A program made the translations under genes and the position numbers. Below, in pieces: positions 60,066-64,000 of a stretch of DNA of 64,000 nt (positions are counted from its first letter, which is position 1; each line of letters opens with the position of its first letter). Where the stretch lies: NCBI GenBank assembly GCA_965243025.1, contig CBDETY010000003.1, positions 5,088,001-5,152,000 on the forward strand, written 5' to 3'. The notes below the pieces were generated by a model. The model did not search any database, was not told the DNA's origin, and worked only from the letters and a program-made list of their open reading frames with translations. Origin of the DNA: Candidatus Latescibacterota bacterium (GTDB lineage: Bacteria > Latescibacterota > UBA2968 > UBA8231).

Positions 60066-60307
60066 TCGGTTACCGGATCGTGTTTCTATGGCTGGGGTTC
60101 AACTGCCCCGGAGAGTGCCTGTTCGCCGACGGCCCCGAAGCGGCGTGCGACTCAATCGGGGGACGGGACCGGGTTACGGGGTGCGAAGCGAGCCCCGGAA
60201 CCGGTGCGGCGGGCAGCCGTGTCAGCGACGTTCAAGGAAAAAGGCGGCTGCTGTCTCCGCAAGTGCGGAGCTCATCCAGTTTCCGGGCATTTCGAGATAC
60301 GGTGCGG

Positions 60308-61227
60308 CTATTTTGAAAGGCTGGCCTTTATCCCGGCCCATGAAACGCTGTTGACAGCGGAATCTCCGATCGAATTTCCAGCCTCGACCAGGATTCCCCG
60401 AGCCCAGAGGTCGGACGATGAAAAATCGTCCTGCTCCCACCACTCATCAGATCCCCACAATTCATGCACACTCTCGAAACTCCATTTGTCTTCGTCGACG
60501 TCGGATAGTGAGAGCCCGAACCATATCATTTTTTCGGGAATAAGAGGGGAGACGATACTTTGGTCCTGGTCATCCCAGATAAGTCGGTCGAAGGGGGTGA
60601 CGTAAAACTCCAACACCCCGAAGGGTGGCTGGCTGTCAATCACCGCGCCGCCGCCATCGGCAAAGGGCGGCCGGTAAACCCAATCCGGGTCATCACGACT
60701 GACCCCGGGCGTGTAGACGTTGGTTCCGTCTTCATATGAACCAGGAAACGCCCCGTACCATTGCGCCTGCTCCATTCGATTTGTGAGCCCGGATGCGTTG
60801 TCGATTTCCAGGCTTCCACCGCTCCTGTCCCCGTCGACATAAAACCACAGGGATAAATCGCCGTCAGTGATGCCTGGCCCGAATGTGAAACGGTCGTTGG
60901 AACGCGCGTGGACAAATCGTCGACCATTTCCGCCGCTACGAAATGGTGGTTACTGCCGTGGTGCCAGGCCAACCAGATACGGAAGTCGAAAGAGGAGGGA
61001 TCGTACTGGTACCCCCAATTCGGGTAAAGTGCCAAATCCAGCGGCGTCAACGACGGCTCCCCGAGGACTTCCAACCAGTCATCCACGGAGCCGTCTTTGA
61101 GGTCGATGCGATCCCGCATCTCGTCGGTCAGCTCGACGAACGGATACAGCCGGTCTTGAAACTGTGCTTCCAGAGAAGCCCCTGTCAGCAGGATGAGGAT
61201 GGCAACGCGCCATGGTATGTACTGCAT
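60308..61227 (-). pseudogene. frameshifted paralog of 61358..62263 (WGxIK-tail secreted protein)
   Basis: One base is missing at ~60914-60916 (GAT TT GTC). Restoring it joins the two ORFs into a protein collinear with the paralog (DDFV..VDGDRSGG..DNASGL..MEQAQWY). Confidence 0.8.
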
Positions 61228-61357
61228 GAGAAATACCCCCTGTCGGCTCCTGAACAAGACCCCCGCGGGATACGGGAGCAGTCAGCTCTCAGAAGGCAGC
61301 ATTTCGGGTGCGGCAGAGTGTGCCACTACATGGTCGGGATCCGTTGGCGTGGCCGGG

Positions 61358-62263
61358 TTATTCCGAAAGGCTGGCCTTGATGCGGCCCCATGAAACGCCG
61401 GTGACAGCGGAATCCTCCGTACTTCCCGCCTCCATCAGGATTCCGCGCGCCCAGAGGTCGGAATCGTTGAACCCTCCCTGCTCCCAACCATCCTCGATTC
61501 CGAACAAGCCGGGACTGCTCTCGAATTCGTTGGCGTCGTCGACATCCACTATCTGGATACTGAACCCGATCGTTTTCCCGGAGAATAGATTGGAGACGAT
61601 ACTCTGGGCCTGGTCGTCCCAGATCAAGCGATCGAATGGGGTGACGTAAACTTCCACCACACCGAAACTCGGCTCGCTGTCGATCATGGCGCCGCCGCCG
61701 TCGGCGTAAGGGGGCTTGTGCACCCAATCCGTATGCCTGCTCACCAAGCGCAGAAGAAGGTTGTTGTCGTTGTCGAATGTTCCCGGAAACGCCTCATACC
61801 ATTGTGCCTGCTCCATGGGGTAGGCAAGCCCGGATGCGTTGTCGACCAGCAAGGTTCCGCCGCTCCTGTCCCCGTCGACGCCAATCGCCACGGATAGATC
61901 CGACCCGCGCAATCCACCTCTGTCGCTGCGGTCGTAGGTTCGCTCGTTTACGAAGTCGTCGACCAGCTCCATGGCCAGGAAAAGGTGATCGTCGGAATCG
62001 TGCCAGGCCACCCAGATGCGAAAGTCCAACGAGGATGGGTCGTATTCCGACGCCCATTCGGCGAATTGAAAATCCAACGGCGTCAGGGAGGGCTCTCCGA
62101 GGATTTCAACCCATTCCTCGATCGAACCGTCGGTCAGGTCGATTTTTTCCCGCATTTCATCGGTCAGCTCGGGGATCTGATAAACCCGGTCCGGGGCCGA
62201 TGCTTCTGTAGAGACCGCGATTATCACAAGGGAAATGGGGATCGGGATAATTCGTTCTTTCAT
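61358..62263 (-). CDS. secreted CBM9/DOMON-like protein with C-terminal SAVTGVSWGRIKASL tail
   Basis: Signal peptide; IDLTDGSIEEW, DFRIWVAW and VDGDRSGG motifs; AAAGGAG RBS. Confidence 0.75.
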   Translation of the reverse strand: MKERIIPIPISLVIIAVSTEASAPDRVYQIPELTDEMREKIDLTDGSIEEWVEILGEPSLTPLDFQFAEWASEYDPSSLDFRIWVAWHDSDDHLFLAMELVDDFVNERTYDRSDRGGLRGSDLSVAIGVDGDRSGGTLLVDNASGLAYPMEQAQWYEAFPGTFDNDNNLLLRLVSRHTDWVHKPPYADGGGAMIDSEPSFGVVEVYVTPFDRLIWDDQAQSIVSNLFSGKTIGFSIQIVDVDDANEFESSPGLFGIEDGWEQGGFNDSDLWARGILMEAGSTEDSAVTGVSWGRIKASLSE

Positions 62264-62422
62264 GTGACAACTCCTTTCATATCGACATCGGGTTTAAACG
62301 CCGAGCGAGCGAAAAAGCCGGTGCCGAGTTCGTTTGGAACGCCCCTACCCGCCCATCGTGGATATCCCGGGAATGACTGCTTCCCAACTCAACTGATGGA
62401 TCCCTGAGCATTGCCCAACCGT

Positions 62423-63799
62423 TCAATGCTCCTGCCTGAGCCGGTCCAGCAGCCGGCCCAGTTGTCCCACGAGGTAAAGCGGCAGGGAGAGCAGGGTCAT
62501 TTCCACGCTCTGCTGCGTTCCGCTCACCTGGTGCCGGATTGACTGGACGGTGGGCGGATTGAGGTCGAAGCGCACTGCGAGGCGCGTCCCTTTGGCCAGG
62601 GCGAACTGGTGCAGGGAGCGCAGGGTGCCGCTGGTGCCGGCTTTGACTTCGACCGGCACGATCCGGGCTCCCCGGGCAACCGTGTAGTCAACTTCGGCGT
62701 TGGCGCTTTTCCCTTCTCGCAGCCAGTAGTTCAGACGGGGCGTTTCCCGGCCCTCTTCCAGGTAGAGCAGGTGTTGCCCCACGAACTGTTCGGCCAGGGC
62801 TCCTTCATTGACCAGTCGGCGGTCGTCCAGGTCTTTCAGAGCAAGCCAGTCCAGGCCGCACAGACGGTTCATCAGGCCGATGTCCAGAAAGAGGAGTTTG
62901 TAGGTCTTCCAATCGACATCGGCGTGGAGGGGCACCCCGGAACAGGTACTGTGGAAGACAGGTGCAATGACCCGGGCATTGGCCAGCATGTCGATGGCCG
63001 CCCGCAGTTCGCGGGCGGTCTCCTCGGGGTTGATCCGGGTGTATTTGATTTTGCGGCCCACGGCCCGGGGAGCGTAGTTGAAGACTCGCTGCAAGCGCAG
63101 CCGGACTCGGGCGGAGGCGTACTTGGCAAAATCGTCCTGGTAGGTATCGACGATGGACTGATGCACCGGGGTTACGTCGGCAAAGTGGCGGGTGGAACTG
63201 TACGCGGCTACAGCTTCGGGCATACCACCCACCAGCAGGTATTCCCGCTGATAGCCCGACAAGCGGGTGTGGACAGTATGGGGCAGGGGATGCTCGGGGG
63301 TGTAGTCTTGCAGACAGGCCAGGAGGGGAGGGTCCAGTTCGGCAAGGAATTCTTCAAAGCTCATCGGGCCCAGATGGAAGTACTGAATGCGCCCTACCGG
63401 CATGGTAAAGGCGTGTTGCGAGAGGACGAACTCGAGCAGGGATCCCGCGGCGATGACCGGCAATTCGGGGTGGTCTTCGAAGAAATAGCGCAAGGCGGGA
63501 AGGGCGTGGGGGGTCGCCTGGATTTCGTCGAGGAAGAGAATGCTGCCCGGTGTCAACAGCGGTTGATCCAGCAGCCCTTCGAGTTCCAGGCGGATGCGTG
63601 TCAGGTCCAAGGTCTGGAAGACGGGGTCCAGGTCCGGGTGGCGCTCGAGGTTGATTTCGTTGAGGTGCAGGTGATGGGACTGGGCGAATTGCCGCACCAG
63701 GGTGGATTTCCCCACCTGGCGAGCACCGCGGATGACCAGCGGTTTTCGCTGTGGGGTGGCTAACCATTCGGCCAGAGCGAGTTCAGCCGATCTATACAT
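62423..63799 (-). CDS. AAA+ ATPase with DUF4143 (COG1373)
   Basis: KPLVIRGARQVGKST, LFLDEIQ, AAGSLL, VGGMPE and C-terminal AEVDY..PVEVKAG; ATG at 63799. Confidence 0.9.
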   Translation of the reverse strand: MYRSAELALAEWLATPQRKPLVIRGARQVGKSTLVRQFAQSHHLHLNEINLERHPDLDPVFQTLDLTRIRLELEGLLDQPLLTPGSILFLDEIQATPHALPALRYFFEDHPELPVIAAGSLLEFVLSQHAFTMPVGRIQYFHLGPMSFEEFLAELDPPLLACLQDYTPEHPLPHTVHTRLSGYQREYLLVGGMPEAVAAYSSTRHFADVTPVHQSIVDTYQDDFAKYASARVRLRLQRVFNYAPRAVGRKIKYTRINPEETARELRAAIDMLANARVIAPVFHSTCSGVPLHADVDWKTYKLLFLDIGLMNRLCGLDWLALKDLDDRRLVNEGALAEQFVGQHLLYLEEGRETPRLNYWLREGKSANAEVDYTVARGARIVPVEVKAGTSGTLRSLHQFALAKGTRLAVRFDLNPPTVQSIRHQVSGTQQSVEMTLLSLPLYLVGQLGRLLDRLRQEH

Positions 63800-63806
63800 G
63801 ATGAAT

Positions 63807-63855
63807 AAAATGCCCCCTTTTCTGTGCGTATAATGTACGAAAAAGGGGGCATTTT
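63807..63855. promoter_or_regulatory. perfect 15-bp inverted repeat upstream of the ATPase gene (operator candidate)
   Basis: AAAATGCCCCCTTTT-N19-AAAAGGGGGCATTTT. Confidence 0.6.
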
Positions 63856-64000
63856 TACGAGAAAGGTTGGGCTTGTGCAAAGGGACATTGGCTGGCTTCG
63901 GGGTGTATCTTGATCCGATGGGGTACTGTCCATCCGCAGGGATACTTGACCCGGGGGCGTTGGGAAAATCGGACCCAGGTTCACGGAGCCCAGCTTTCCG

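Noticed and set aside
59259-62263. Rhomboid as the processing enzyme for the neighbouring WGxIK tails
   Set aside because: Rhombosortase substrates have a transmembrane GlyGly-CTERM. These tails are not transmembrane, and adjacency is the only support.

Overview
High-GC bacterial window. By gene content alone it looks like an FCB-superphylum candidate lineage, probably Latescibacterota/Gemmatimonadota/Poribacteria-like; this is inference. 1-22 kb is a surface-protein block. It holds a large gingipain/PorU-like C25 peptidase on the minus strand (truncated by the window and missing from the ORF track), a PAD/agmatine-deiminase-family protein with a T9SS type-A-like tail, three paralogous large secreted proteins ending in a PNPF(T/S)PNGDG(V/I)ND FlgD/type-B-like domain, a twin-parvulin lipoprotein, a probable outer-membrane protein, a GT-C/TPR protein and a protein with a short 'AVxxxSWGxIK' tail. 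22-36 kb holds paralogous accessory families (CRTAC1/FG-GAP, GHL10-like, PhyH, DUF6785-like, SGNH, GT-C). 36-52 kb is central metabolism (gltA, hpf/raiA, pntAa/Ab/B, Lrp-like regulator, gltBD), plus a second DUF6785-like gene, a CTAG-bounded palindromic MITE, an APH-fold gene lacking the catalytic Asp, and a duplicated gltD 5' end. 52-64 kb holds a GldA/GldF/double-GldG/DUF4340 ABC operon, a CMD-Rieske fusion, a candidate rod-shaped ncRNA, NUDIX, rhomboid, two more WGxIK-tail paralogs (one frameshifted) and an AAA/DUF4143 ATPase with a perfect upstream inverted repeat. No CRISPR array, rRNA or tRNA was recognised. All assignments come from motif reading, not database searches.
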